NCBI GenBank assembly: GCA_024679065.1
Contig: JAGIQG010000043.1
Span: 1,302,001-1,366,000 of the forward strand
Source: Sphyrna mokarran
Lineage: Eukaryota
Direction: 5' to 3'
DNA: 64,000 nucleotides
Shown: positions 36,330 to 49,530 of the stretch, piece after piece
Layout: every line of letters begins with the position of its first letter
How positions within the stretch are numbered: the stretch's first letter is position 1
Notes under the pieces: model-generated
What the model saw: only the letters and a program-made list of their open reading frames with translations
What the model was told of the DNA's origin: nothing
The model's database searches: none
Program-made: the position numbers and the translations under genes

Positions 36330-37480
36330 TTTGGAATTTGAAAAATTGCAAAATGTTTATTGTTGAGGAGGTGAACACAAGTTACAGAACAGGTATCTGA
36401 AGTGAAAATAAAGATCAGCCACAATGTGACTACAAGATAGAATACTCTCGAGTTACTGAATATACCCACTCTTCGATGTTTGAGACCACGTGACATTGTC
36501 TCTTGGGCAAGCACTGAAATGAAGAACTGTTTTCCTGACTCGGGTTTGCAGGTCAGATATAACAAGTTTCATTTTCTATGCCCTTGCACTGATTGCAATG
36601 CCAGATTTTGTTTTCTAACCCTGAAACGAGCGATTTGCTGGTACTGTTCCGGTGTCTGAGATAGACAATGCCATATATAGACGGGCAATTACCTGCGGGG
36701 AAAAAAAAAATCAGTGATTGATCACATTGTCAGGTTCACCATAGATTAAATTAGATTTTAATAGAATTTGTTAATTAATTTCATTTACATTTATCCACCT
36801 GTCGGGCTTGTATTTGCAATTATCCATCTTGAAATAACGACTAACACTTGCCACTCAATTGAATGCCTCTTAGTGAACATGTTTACCTGGTGTAGGATAA
36901 ATCTATAGTTCCTCACACACAGTGGACATTGTGATTCCTTATGCATAGTTTGGACACCTCGACTCTCGACTGGTGGCCTTCATTTGAGACATGAAGTGCT
37001 TCCATCTTGCGGCCCTGAATGTTTCTGACCTTTCCAAAATTGATTATGGTTGCATGTGAACTGAAGCAAAAAAAAGTCTGAGATTTTTTGAACAGTGGCC
37101 GTCAACTCATCCACGTCCCAGAGGAGAAGAACCTCCCACCGGATATATTGATGACTGTTTCCCATGATCAGCTGCAAACCATTCATTCTTTCACCATGAA
37201 ATTCCGATTATAGAAAATAGGTATTGGCTTAATTTTCTGCCTGGCTTACTCTTCCAGTGCTCTAACACTACAGATCCGCTCTTCCAAGGAGGACTGATGC
37301 AAAGGGATGCAGCACCACCGAGGACGATGCAATATTCGTGGGCTGCGATAACTCAGAGGACTAGAAGGAGTGTTGAAAATGGACTTTTTCAGAGACCACG
37401 GGCTGCTGTTAAAAATAGCGAACTATAAACTTCAGAGCGGTGCGAATTGTGGCTCAAAGTTTCCTTTCATAAGGTAAGAC
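36330..37480 (-). pseudogene. Decayed multi-exon gene remnant, copy 2 (leader-like, Cys-rich, TM-like and tail-like segments)
   Basis: Exon-like 37029-36887 (AG...GTAAAC), strong acceptor before 36692, FFISVLAQET near 36500; stops and frameshifts. Confidence 0.3.
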
Positions 37481-37877
37481 CCTCAGTCTGCAACGTTAAA
37501 CATTTACTAGCGCCTGCCGAATACACATGAAAACTCGTCCAAACTATGTTGAAAAGGCAATCTTGCTGAATTCAGCAACAAGAGTGTTTCTGGAATTCGA
37601 ATGGATACGGGAGGCAGCAGATTGTTGCATTGAATTAATTCCAAACACCCTATTATATTTTGTTTTAAGAAAAGACGTACTCAATGAAGAAAGATTCAAA
37701 ATGCTGCAAATAACTTTCTAACAGTTTCATCCAATATATTTCTCATTATGTCTTTGTGTCATATTTGCGTCATAATTCACCTCTTGACTAGCGGGCTGTG
37801 GGCCATGTATTCTGGCTGATGGTTACGTTTCACATGAATTTCCTCCCACCACTACATAACAGCTGCCAGTCTCCAAC

Positions 37878-37878
<1 letters not shown>

Positions 37879-37921
<43 letters not shown>
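37879..37921. repeat. Poly-C homopolymer (43 nt)
   Basis: Direct reading. Confidence 0.95.
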
Positions 37922-37922
<1 letters not shown>

Positions 37923-38439
37923 CCGTCATCAACCATCAACCTATCATTCTCTTTTCCTTCGTCTCTCCTTGGTGAGTTCATCCAGTTTCCCAGACAAATG
38001 TATCTTTGCTGATCGACTCAGTGTGGGAACTAATTCCATACAATCCCTACCCAATTATTAAAAAGTTTTCTCGTCAATGCACTGTCATCTTGATTAATGA
38101 CTGTATTATACTCCTGATAGTTCTTTCTCTTGACTCCACACGAATAGAAATAAATTGGCTGCTTCGAAGCTGACTTATTTTTCATATCTTTAACGTTTGC
38201 ATTGGTTCCCCTTCCTACTTTTAGCCTTGTCTTTCTTGGAAGACAAAATGATAGCAATTCAATGCTTGTTCTGATTGTTACCGATGTCAAATTAATTCTG
38301 TGCATGTTCTGACACAAGCAAACATTTCTGCGTCTTTTTTTTTCACCCGTGTTTTCAGACATTCGGCATCACAGGCATGTAAATATCTGACATTGCCAAC
38401 TCAACAAAAATCGCAGTATCACAAAAAAGACTCTTGATT

Positions 38440-41400
38440 ATAAGTTTATTGTTGATCAAGATCAAGGCAGCTGAGTTTTATACAAATAGAATAGTAAATT
38501 GATATTCAGGCATCAACATTTGCAAAGAAATATGTTTCCTGTGAACAATTTGAGCTACACAATCATCAGAATACTTTCAACGGAATTCAAGAAATTGTCC
38601 TAGCCTCGATCAATGCTTCTTCAAATTTGATGAACACGGTTCCAATGTAATATCCGTAACACAATGTCCAACCATTCACAGTGAAAACTGGAGCCTCTCT
38701 CTGGCGAATGCAGGGGGAAATGTCAGTTGTTTGAAGGGAATCGCTTTTGGTTTCATATTGTTTCCAATATGCTGCGGGATTTTCGGGAAATCCTGCTTCT
38801 GGCAGGGGCGTAGTCAGGTCACACTGAAAGAATCACAAATCATAGAGGGTTCTTCACAACTTTGATCCTGATGCAGTTCTTTGCTGGATGCTGAATATTG
38901 TGGAAACATGCCATCATTGACTATCCAATTGTGAAAATGTCTGGCTGATTTGAAAAATAAAAAATCGTTGGCATCAGCATTGGGTTTAGCATAGGACAGC
39001 ATAGAGATATTTTTGTTGGATACTTCATTACCTTCACCTTCTTTATGAAGTTGTTCTGTCTCCCTGAACACACGTACAAGAAGAAAGCTCTTCCAAAGAT
39101 CTACTAGGGCGCGGATTGGAATTATTCTGAATTCTATCAGTCCATCTCCATGTGATTTCCTCGGAATTTTTACACTGTTCAGGATGCACTGAGGTGCTAA
39201 CATGCATTCATACAATTCTGCAATGCATGAAGAGGCCAATTGATCTCACCGAGTCTGCATTGATTCTCCAACGAATCATCTCATCCATGGCTTAGTCTAT
39301 AACAAATACCCTTCACATATTGACACACTAAATGAATATTTAGCATAGCCAATCCACCTAACCTATAGTGACACACTAAATGAACATTTAGCATAACCAA
39401 TCCACCTAACGTATATATCTTTAGATTGTGGGAAGAAATGAAGTACCCAGAGGACACAGGCACATATACGGAGAGAACATTGAAACTGCACAAAGGAGTG
39501 TTTGAAGCCAGATTTCAAACAAAGATCTCTGGATCTATCAGGGAGCAATGCTAACCATTGTGTCACTGTGCCGTTCTCCGACATGACAAAGGATGTAATT
39601 TACAAATGGACTGACTGCTTACAGTGAATAAAACTGAAAAAAAAGAGATGAGACATTATAAAATTGCGAATAAAATGAAATTGTTGAATCGCGTTATTTT
39701 TATTTCATATGAAGTGGATGTGTCTCGGTAGGATTTTATTGGCGTCAAATCAGAAATCAGATCGCGTTTTGTTAGATATCCATAATTTTCCCACGCATTA
39801 CAATACGAATCAATTTATTCTAATTTTCTTGAGTCCATCCTAAGAAAAAGCTTAACCCTGTTTAATCTATCTACACTCCCCATAATCTTGTATACCTCTA
39901 TTAGATCTCCTCTAAGTATATATCTTTCTAAGGAAAACAATCCCAATTTGCCTAACTTCTGCTCGTAACTCAGACCTTCCATACCTGACAACATTCTGGT
40001 AAACTCCTGTGCACTCTCTCCAGAGTCTCCACGTCCTTCCGGTAGTAAGGCAACCAGATCTGGACGCAGTACTCCAAATGATAATCTCTTATAGAAAAGA
40101 CATCCTTCCTCAGATAACACTTAAAGAATACTCCAGGTGACCTATCCAGTGCCCGATGCAATTGCAGAAAAAGATCCCTAGTCCTAGACTCAGATCCTCT
40201 CTCTATGGAGGCCAACGCATCGTTTCGATTATTTACTGCCTGATGTTTGCATGCGCTTTTCAGCGTTTCTGCCTCTAATCTCAGAAGCTGAATAATGGAC
40301 AGCTCCCGGTGGCAGAGTGAAGATCAACATTTCAGTATGATGAACTCTGACCGAACGAGAAATCTGTGATAGGTCAGTAATTAATTGAATGCATCTAGAA
40401 ACACAGGGAGAAGAGGCACGTTACAGAATTAGACAGCTCTGCATTAAGTCTGACATTAGCATTAAATAGAGGGATAACAGAACATAGAACCTTACAGTGC
40501 AGAAACAGGCCCTTCGGCTCACCGGGTCTGCACCCACCACAATCCCACCCAGGCCCTATTCTCCCATATCCCTACATATTTACCCGGTAATTCCTCTAAC
40601 TTGCACAATCCATGATACTGAGGGGCAATTTGAGCATGGCCAATCAACCTAACCCGCGCATCGTTGGATAAGAGGTAATTGTGAATAGCTATCTCTCTGA
40701 AATGAGACACTTTCACTGAAAATGTTTTACTGGAGTTGATCTGAACGCCACTGCTCCAAGTTCCCACTGGGAGGCTGATGTAACTCCTGACAGTGTTGGA
40801 CCTGCCAAATTCCATTGCCCTGGAATCGGCCAGTGCCTCGATATCCCGCCCCAAAACATCTCCGAGAATGGGAAAGGAATCAGGAGACCATCCAGGACGA
40901 AGAAATGCTGATATGGAGGCAGAACATTTCGACAAATAACATCCCGCATCAGCTCACAAACACGTAAAATCGTGCTGAATATTGTGTTGGTTCTGCAGTT
41001 TACCTCTTCTCTTTTTTAAATACGCAACCCGAGTTCATTCACCAGAAAATCTGGTGTAATCTCTGGAGTGGACATATATGATGACATTACATGACTGTAA
41101 AGATTACAACAATCGTGATAGTTCTTCAGAATTTAATGCTGTTTTCACTCATTGACCATTTGTTTCCTATGACTTTGGGCGCTGGATTTTTTGCTCGAGT
41201 GTTTAGAATTTCAGTTTAAGGCTACAACTCCCACCCACTACCACCACCCCCCCACCACCACCATCCCAACACGCCAATAGCGTCAATGAAATCAAGTCGC
41301 ATCTTTTATGACAATTATCTTCAAATTCCCTTTAATTTCAATTCAGTCCATTGATATATGCATTACATTTTCCACTGCGTTAACTGTCTGTGTTTAGTTG

Positions 41401-41847
41401 CCAAATTAAGCTTGCAAACTAGTTTCATCTCAGAGCCCCACTCAATAGAAAGGGAGATCACTCGGTCCTTCGTCTTGGATTTGCAACTTTGAAAGATTTA
41501 CTCAGTTAGACACCGTCCTCTTGTTTTCCCTATATCACAGCAAATGCTGTCCCCTTGACGTATTTCTACAAATTCCCCATTTTGAAAGTTCCAATTGAAT
41601 CTGCTTTCACCGTCCCTTCACTCAGCACCTTCCAGGTGACAACAGCTCGCTGTGTTGGCAAAAAAAAAAATCTTTCTATCACGGACGTCCTTCGATCTGT
41701 GCTTCTCCCATTAGCGACCCACTTCTGCATTGGAAACAATTTATTCTTAATTAATCAATCCAAATTCCTCTCCATTCTGTCTGAACATAATGATGATATC
41801 TCATCCTGCAAGAGGTGGAAGAATGCAAAGATACTGAGGAAATCCAT
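38440..41847 (-). pseudogene. Pseudogene C: B-type leader and partial C1 exon, V exon deleted, terminal exon homologous to gene A
   Basis: Leader MDFLSIFAFFHLLQ 41847-41805 with donor GT>AT; C1 remnant about 40895-40693 with donor GT>AT; small exon 39063-39032; last exon/UTR 38824-38440. Confidence 0.85.
39815..40260 (-). mobile_element. CR1 fragments
   Basis: HLEYCVQIW..RKDVETLERV, LGLFSLER. Confidence 0.8.
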
Positions 41848-42809
41848 TGTCCTTGAACCAACCATGAGACTCTGAGCCCGCGATCAGAATCTCACTCACA
41901 ACTTGTTTCGTCTGTCTGACGGAAGTGTGAAATTTGCTCGCTCTGTATGTTAATAAATACACGATCTGTATATTAATAAATTCACGATAAATACACGAAC
42001 AGAGCTCGGCAGTTCTCTGAAGTTTTCCGGTTTACTGCAGGTCAAAGTGCTGGTACACACTGAACTTTTTTTACAAAATATCATTGGAATCCACTCAGCA
42101 GTTATTCGAGGCCTAGAAATCAAAGCACGTTTATTCAGAACTGATAAGAATTAATAGGCAATGAGAAAGGTACTGTAAATGCCTCATAGGTGCGGTAACA
42201 GAAGTGATACTTTCTAATTGTCAAAGAACATTCAATAGGCCAAAGCTGTTTTCTCTCAAACATATGCAGATGGAGGTTTGACAGGAAGCCAATATGTCTG
42301 ATTGTTTAAAGGGCAGACCTAGGATTTCAAATAAATTACTCACCAGTTTAAGGTAGTCATCAATAAATGCAATGGGGACATTCGCAATGTTGGGGAGAAT
42401 ATGATTTAATATAATCTGACTGCAAAGCAGATGAGAGATACGATGGCAGACATGACATGTGAGGCGAGAATAAATCGGTCATGACGGCATTCACTGGAGT
42501 TGAGAAAAATGAACCTCATTAAACTTATAACATTCGAACATGGTTAGACAAGACAGAATCGGAAAGAATTGTTCCCAATGGTGGGAGAGACCAGAACTAT
42601 GCGTCATAATTTTAGAACAGTTTCTTTTAGAACTGAGGTGAGAAGAAATGTCTTCACAAACAGGGTATTAAATGTGTGGAATTCGCTACCACGGAAAGTA
42701 GTTGAGGCCAAAACATGGTGGGGTTTCAAGAATAAATTAGATACAGCTTTTGGAGTCTAAAAGGATCAAGTTTAGGTTGGGTCAGAATATTGAATTTCAG
42801 AATGCAACA

Positions 42810-43130
42810 GAATCCTACCATGCAGATGGAGGTCATCTGGTATATCAAGTCTGCACTGACCACAATCTCACCCAGGCCTTATCCCTATAATACTATTCAT
42901 TTACCCTGGCTTCTACCCCGGGACAGTAAGTGTCCATTTAACATGACCAATCCATCTAACGCGCACATCTTTCGTCAGTGGGAGGAAATCAAAGCAACCG
43001 GAGGAAACACACGCAAACATGGGGAGGCCGTGCAAAGTCCACACAGACAGTAACCCAAACCGGGAATCAAATCCAGGTCCTGGCGCTGTGAGGCAACAAT
43101 GCTAACCACTGAGCCACCTTACTGCCCGTG
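42810..43130 (-). mobile_element. HE1/V-SINE-like element; similar - strand copies at about 39290-39580, 40478-40665, 46340-46670 and 48780-49097
   Basis: Reverse-complement tRNA-like head, V-domain core and CR1-like tail. Confidence 0.75.
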
Positions 43131-43979
43131 GTAATTAGTCATGACCAAAATGAATGGTGGATCAGGCTCCAAAGGTCGAATGGCTTCATCCTGCTTCTAT
43201 TTTCTGCTTTAATATAACCATGTTAAGGGTCTTCTTTGGAGTCATATCATGCGCACAGAGAAGCAAAATGTCCAGTCCAGTTCTGAATTGCAACTTCCAC
43301 TTTAACAAAGAAATATGAAAGCCAGATTGTTTCTTAACTGAGAAATTGGTAATTGCGACTGGAGAACGGGACATAGGTCCATTTTGTTGTTCTTTGTTCA
43401 TGGGATACAGAATCTAACTGCAGTAAGCAAGTTGGAAACCTTCGAAGGTTTGGACGGCTTCATCACGAGCGGATTTGTGGACTCTTGTAAGGATGACTTG
43501 GTGAATTTGTCTCTTAACTTGCTGAGATCTCGTTTGGAGCTTTGCATCCCGTTCTGGTCCTCTTCGCGAAGCCCTGACATAGGTCCCATTGAGGTCGTGC
43601 AATAGATGTTTATCAAATCAGTGTTTGCGATAAGGATTCGTCTGGGGAGAGATTCATGACACAGTGTCCATACTTCCGACAATTTTGACGCATGAGGCGA
43701 GCCATCATTGTTGCATATTAAATTCTTACACAGTGGAATCGGTTGGATGTAGATCAACGTCTTGTGGTTGATGAGTGAAATAACTGGGGGGAGGGGGAAT
43801 GGGATGATTTCAGGACGTGAAATCAGAATTGTGAACAGGGAAGATGGGAAGTTACCCATTTATAGTGATGAATCTTTGGAATCTTCCACAATAGCAAGCT
43901 TCCAAAACTCAGCTAATGTAAATTTTGAAGACAGAAGCCGCTAGGTTTCTCGAGACGTATCACTTCAAGGAACATTGCA

Positions 43980-45013
43980 CCAGAAGGACGTGGAGACTCT
44001 GGAGAGAGTCATGAGAAGGTTTACCAGGATGCTGCCTAGTATGGAAAGTCTGAGTTACGAGGAGAGGTTAGGCAAATCGGGAGGGATACAAGATTATGAG
44101 GGGCAAAGATAGAGTACAGTAAGAGTCTGGCAACACCAATTTTAAGTCCAACTGATTGGACTTAAAATTGGTGTTGCCAGATTCTTAATGAGTTCACCCC
44201 AGTCCAACGCCGGCATCTCTACATTATAGATAGAGTAAAAGGGGTTAAGCTCTTTTTCTAGGATGGACTCAAAAAAAACGAGGGGTCACGGGCTTAGGGT
44301 GAGGGGGGTAAGGTATAATTTGGTTGCTAGAGGGAGTTTTTTCACACAGAATGTGGTGGGGATATGGGACGTGCTGCCAAGTAAAGTGTGGAGGCAGGTA
44401 CTCTGGAGTTATTTAAGAGATACTTAGATGGGCACATGAACAGAATTGGAATGGAGGGATATAGAAAACTGATTTAAAATAGTGATCACGAGCTTTGGGA
44501 GTCCCTGGGAAGTGTATAAATAGTCGTTGGTATTGATATATTTGTTTTTATCTTACAGGAATTTTGGTCTATCTTGTTGTCTAGCAAGGGGCATTCACGT
44601 GATGGGTCGTGAGGGGGCTGCTCTTAGATTTTTCCAGAGTATCTTAGTGTTTCACGTCGTTAGTGTACGTTTGACTTGGACCATTTGATGGGCAACACGA
44701 CAGCTCAGTGACTATCGCTGTGCTGTGCAGATACATGGATTTGGGCCTGTGTCTGTGGGAGTTTGCACATTCTCCCTGTGCTTGCATGGGTTTTCTCCGG
44801 GCGCTCCGGTTTTCTCCCACATCCCACAGATGTGCTCTTAGGCTGATTGGCAGAACAAATTCTCCCTAAATTGTCTCAAATTTGATTTCAATCCACAGAT
44901 CTATAAACATAGGAAGGGATCACGGGGAGAGGTGTAACATCGAGGTGGCGGCGCTGGCTTGTTGGGCCGACGAGTCTGTTTCCCATGCTGTTTTGTTCTT
45001 TGTTCTTTGTTCT
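43980..45013 (+). mobile_element. CR1 family 2, 3' part, with a Penelope-derived insert at 44117-44227
   Basis: Colinear with 29270-30223; insert flanked by an AGATAGAGTA duplication. Confidence 0.88.
44121..44186. repeat. 31-bp inverted repeat with a 4-nt loop (Penelope terminal sequence)
   Basis: Arms 44121-44151 and 44156-44186, one mismatch. Confidence 0.9.
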
Positions 45014-45547
45014 ATTGAAAAACATGGATGAGGTCGGTAATCACTCTAGATCAAACGGAATGTCTGTGCCATCTCGACGGAATGAAATCTCCCTTCCTGA
45101 TTTTTTTTTTTTGCTGTGATTTCTTAATTTCCTCTGCCTTTTCTGTAACGACGGTTCCACTTGCCCCACTCCAATGGCTTTTCTTCACATTTAGTTCACT
45201 CAGAAAATGGTCCAATTCTAATTTGAAATCCTTAATTCAATGGACCATATCAAAATCTGAAAACGCAATCCAGACCTTAACTATTGGCAATGTGAGATGA
45301 AATGATTTTTGCATAATGACGCTGTTGCTCTTTGAGTTAAATCACCTTTAATCTATAACCTGCAACTAATACGACATTTGCAAACAGAAGCTGGTCTTCT
45401 TATATAGTGCCTGAAGTGAAAGATGCTGAACGAACTCAGATCCAGAAAGTTTCCAATTCAAAACTGAAAAAGTGACTGCATTCAGAATAATCCACACCAT
45501 TCCCTCTAATATGGACTATTTGTCAAAATAATAAGACTAACAATCGA

Positions 45548-46198
45548 TAGTCAAGTCGAGAAGGTGGTTAAGAAGTCATATGGAGTCTTAGCTTTTATTG
45601 GTAGGGCGATTGAATTTCGGAGCCGCAACGTCATGTTGCAACTGTACAAAACTCTAGTGCGGCCGCACTTGGAGTATTGTGTGCAGTTCTGGTCCCCCAA
45701 TTATAAGAAAGATGTGGAGGCATTGGAGAGGGTACAGAGGAGGTTTACCAGGATGTTGCCTGGTATGGAGAGCAGGTCTTATGAAGAGAGGCTGAGGGAT
45801 TTGAGGTTGTTTTCGTTAGAAAGGAGGCGGCTAAGAGGGGGCCTAATCGAAACATATAAGATGATTAGAGGTTTAGATAGGGTGGACAGTGATAGCCTTT
45901 TTCCTAGGATGGAGAAAGCTAAGACGAGGGGACACAGCTTTAAATTAAGGGGTGATAGTTATAGGATGGATATCAGAGGTAGGTTCTTTACCCAAAGGGT
46001 GGTTCGGGAGTGGAATGCCCTGCCTGCAGCAGTTGTGGATGCGCCAAATTTGGTGGTGTTTAAGAGGTTAGTTGATAAGTATATGGAAGAGAAGGGAATG
46101 GCTTAGTTTGGAGGGGCATTGCTTTTTATATTGGTCAGCGCAACATCGAAGGCCGAAGGGCCTGTTCTGTGCTGTAGTGTTCTATGTTCTACGTTCTA
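45548..46198 (+). mobile_element. CR1 family 1, 3' fragment
   Basis: ORF 45564-46106; tail. Confidence 0.93.
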
Positions 46199-47984
46199 TA
46201 TTTGTCAGTGTGGCTCTGGAAAGAGAGTACACCAATTTATTTCACATAATTATCATACCTGTCTACTCTAGATTTGCACCTATTTTCTTTTCATTTGTTC
46301 GTGGAACAAAGGCATAACTGGTTGTCCATCATTTAGAATAGAAGCATAGAACTTAACAGTGCAGAAAGAGGTCCTTCGGCCCATCGAGTCTGCACCGAGT
46401 ACAATCCCACCTAGGCCCGACCTCCATATCATACGCACTAATCCCTCTTACCTCCGTATCCCTGGATACTAAGGAGCAATTTCTTCGCATGGCCAGTCAA
46501 CCTAACCCACATATCTTTGAACTGTGGGAGAAAGCCGGAGTACCCGGCAGAAACACACATAGACACGAGGAGAATATGCAAACTCCACACAGGCAGTGAC
46601 CCGAACCAGGAATCGAACCCAGCCACCTGGAGCTGTGAAACAGTAATCTTAACCACTGTACTACCGTGCGCAAGAGCAGTTGAGAGTCAACCATACTATC
46701 ATGGCACTGGAATTGCATGCAAGCCAGACCCGGTAAGGGCAACAAATTTCATTCCCTGAAGGGCATTTGTGAACGGCATGTATTTTTTTCAATAATGGAC
46801 AGTGGTTCCATGGTGATGAGTAGATTTTTAATTCCATTTTTTAAAAAAAATGAATTCCACCATCTGCCGTGGGAAAAACGAACGCAGGTCCCTTGAACAT
46901 TTACAGAGTTTCTGGACGACTTGCCTAGCGTTGACACTTTTCATATTAATCGCTAACATCTAACGATTCCACTCGAGCCCAGCCTCAGTGATGGCACTAT
47001 GTATCTATAGCAAAATGACCTCTCTATAGAGGGAGTGGGGAGAAGGTTTACCAGTCTGGTCTTTCATATGAGGAGAAATAAGCATTATTATACTCACTAG
47101 AGCTTTGAAGAGTGAGATGTGATGTCATAGAAAAGTACCCAAAATAATTGTAAGGCAGTCTATTTGGCATCATATTGACGTTCTCAGATATTCACTTGTT
47201 CCAGCAAAGACAAACAGTGGCTGAAGTGTATATCATCTGTAAGAAATTATGAGGCATTGTTTAACACTGTTATCTCAAAATGTCAAGGATGGAGGTTCGT
47301 TTTCTGCCTTGTGTGGCTATCATTGTGGGTTTCCTCGCACAGCCTAAATGAAATAGGTTAGATGGATTGTCCATGCTAAACTGCCGCTTACTTTCCAAAG
47401 ATATTGAGATTAACTGCTGTGACTATGCTAAATGTGAAGGCATGAAAGTTAGTTTTTCTTTCAGAAAATGTTTTGAGACAATATGGGCCAAGTGTCCTCC
47501 TTCTCCACCAAGGGAATCCTACGATTCCAACTGAGCAAATCTGGTCCACAACTTCTCCAAACAAATTGAGAACTACGACCTAGAAGGACAAGGGCAAAAT
47601 GAATCACTGTGATGTGAAAGATGTACACAATTCAGATGAATGCACATTTCCACCATCGTCATTTGATCAAAACACTAGAAGAATCTGTCGAACTGACTTA
47701 AGAAGCATCACCTCCACATGTGCTTCTGAGCATCCAAGTTGTGAATCATCATCACCTTCTCAATGGATGATAGGCAGCAAGTGCTGATCTCACCACCCTA
47801 ACCCTCATCCCATGCATATATATTTTAAGCAATGAGTCATTGTAACTTCGGAAAAAACAGACTGCACGAGTCACTGCTCTCCTGCATGATGTCTTAAGTG
47901 TGAATTATGCCTTTCCTTGAACATGCAGCAAGAAACTGTTCAGATGTCTCCGACTGCAACGGAATCTTGATCAATTGAGCCAAG

Positions 47985-49530
47985 TGGGCTGAAAAATGTC
48001 AGATGGAGTTGAATTTAAATCAATGTGAGATGTTGCATTTTGGTCCATCAAACCCGATTGGGACTAACCCGGTTAATGAGAGGGCAATGGAGAGAGAGAT
48101 ACGGAATAAAGAGATCTAGGGGTACAAGTTCATAGCTGCTTGAACGCATAGCCCCAGGTGGGCAAAGTGTGAAGAAGGCATTCGTCATGTTTTGGCTTAT
48201 TGGTCTGAACATTGAATACAGGAGTTGGGAAGTCTTGTTGACGTTGAACAAGACATTGGTATGGGCACATTTGGGATACTGTGTACAAGTCTCGTCACTC
48301 TAATACTGAAAGGATATCATTAAACGAGAAATAATGCCGAACACAATTCACGAAAATGCTATCGGTGCTTGATGGTTTGAGTTATAAGGAGAAGTTGGAT
48401 AGACTGGGTTTTGTTTCTCTAAAATGTAGGAGGCTGAGAGATAATCTAATAGAGTTTTGAAAAATAATGAAGAGCGTAGGTCACCAAGATAGTCAATATT
48501 ATTTTCCAAAAATAGAGGACATACGGGTTTAAGGTGGGAGGGAAAGGATAAAAAAGTATCCAGATGGGTAATTTCTTTCACATGGAAGATGGTGAATGTC
48601 TGGAACAAGTTACCAGAGATCGTAGTGAAGGCGGGTAAAATTTTGCCTTTTGAAAAGCGTTTCGACAATTCCTCAGATAAGATTTCTAGAGGGATTTGGG
48701 CGAAATGTGGGCAAATGGGACTGGCTTAGTAGGTTAAAAAAGTACTGCACAGGCAAGATGGGCCAAAGGGCCTAGTTCATAGAAATCATAGAATTCTACA
48801 GAGCAGAAAGAGGCCCATCAGCCCATCGAGTCTGCACCGAACACAATCCCACCCAGGCCCTACCCGCATATCCCTCTAATCGCTCTAACCGAGTGTCCTT
48901 GGGCATTTTTTTAAGCATGGCCAATCAATCTAACCGCCACATCTTTGAGGGAGGAAACCTGAGTACCCGGAGGAAACCCACACAGACACGAGAAAAAATG
49001 TGCAAAATCACACTGACAGTGATCTGAGCCAGGAATCGAACCCAGGATCCGGAGCTATGAAGTGGCAGTGCTAAAAATTTTGCTACTGTGCCGCCCCATG
49101 CTATAAACGTCTATGACTCAATGGCTCTAAAAACCCATATTGCTTAAATATCACTAACTCTGAAACTGACACAAGTCCTTAAAGTCATGAGAAATATCGA
49201 TGGAGTTAGGAGTCAGAATATTGTTTTTCCTTGAGTTGAAACGTCTAATACGAGGAGCCATGCACTTAAGGTGAGAAGGGGAAATTTCAAAGGAGGTGTG
49301 AGGGACAAGTGCTTTTGTGGTAGCTGTCTGGAGCACGCTGCCAGGAGTGGTGGTGGAGACAAATATGGTATGGGTATTTAAGGGTTTTTGATATGCACAT
49401 TAATATGCAAGGAGTAGAGGGATATGACCTAAAGGCAGGCAGGAAGGATTTGCTTATTTTGGCCTTATGTTCGGCAAACATCAAGGGGCAAAGTTCCTGT
49501 TTCTGTGCTGTGCTATGTTTCATTCTCTAT
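47985..49530 (+). mobile_element. Old CR1 3' fragments (47985-48780 and 49170-49530) around a SINE
   Basis: Degenerate QMELN..CEMLHFG and ORF2 end motifs. Confidence 0.7.

Noticed and set aside
36887-36970. CXC chemokine reading (xRxVQT...IYPTPGNCP)
   Set aside because: Needs two restored Cys, has a non-chemokine intron position, and copy 1 does not support that frame
37798-38061. Poly-proline ORF
   Set aside because: Translation of the poly-C tract
39321-39416. 48-bp direct repeat, and (GTTCTAT)n arrays elsewhere, as CRISPR-like
   Set aside because: Two-copy duplication inside a SINE, and LINE tail microsatellites; no spacers; eukaryotic DNA
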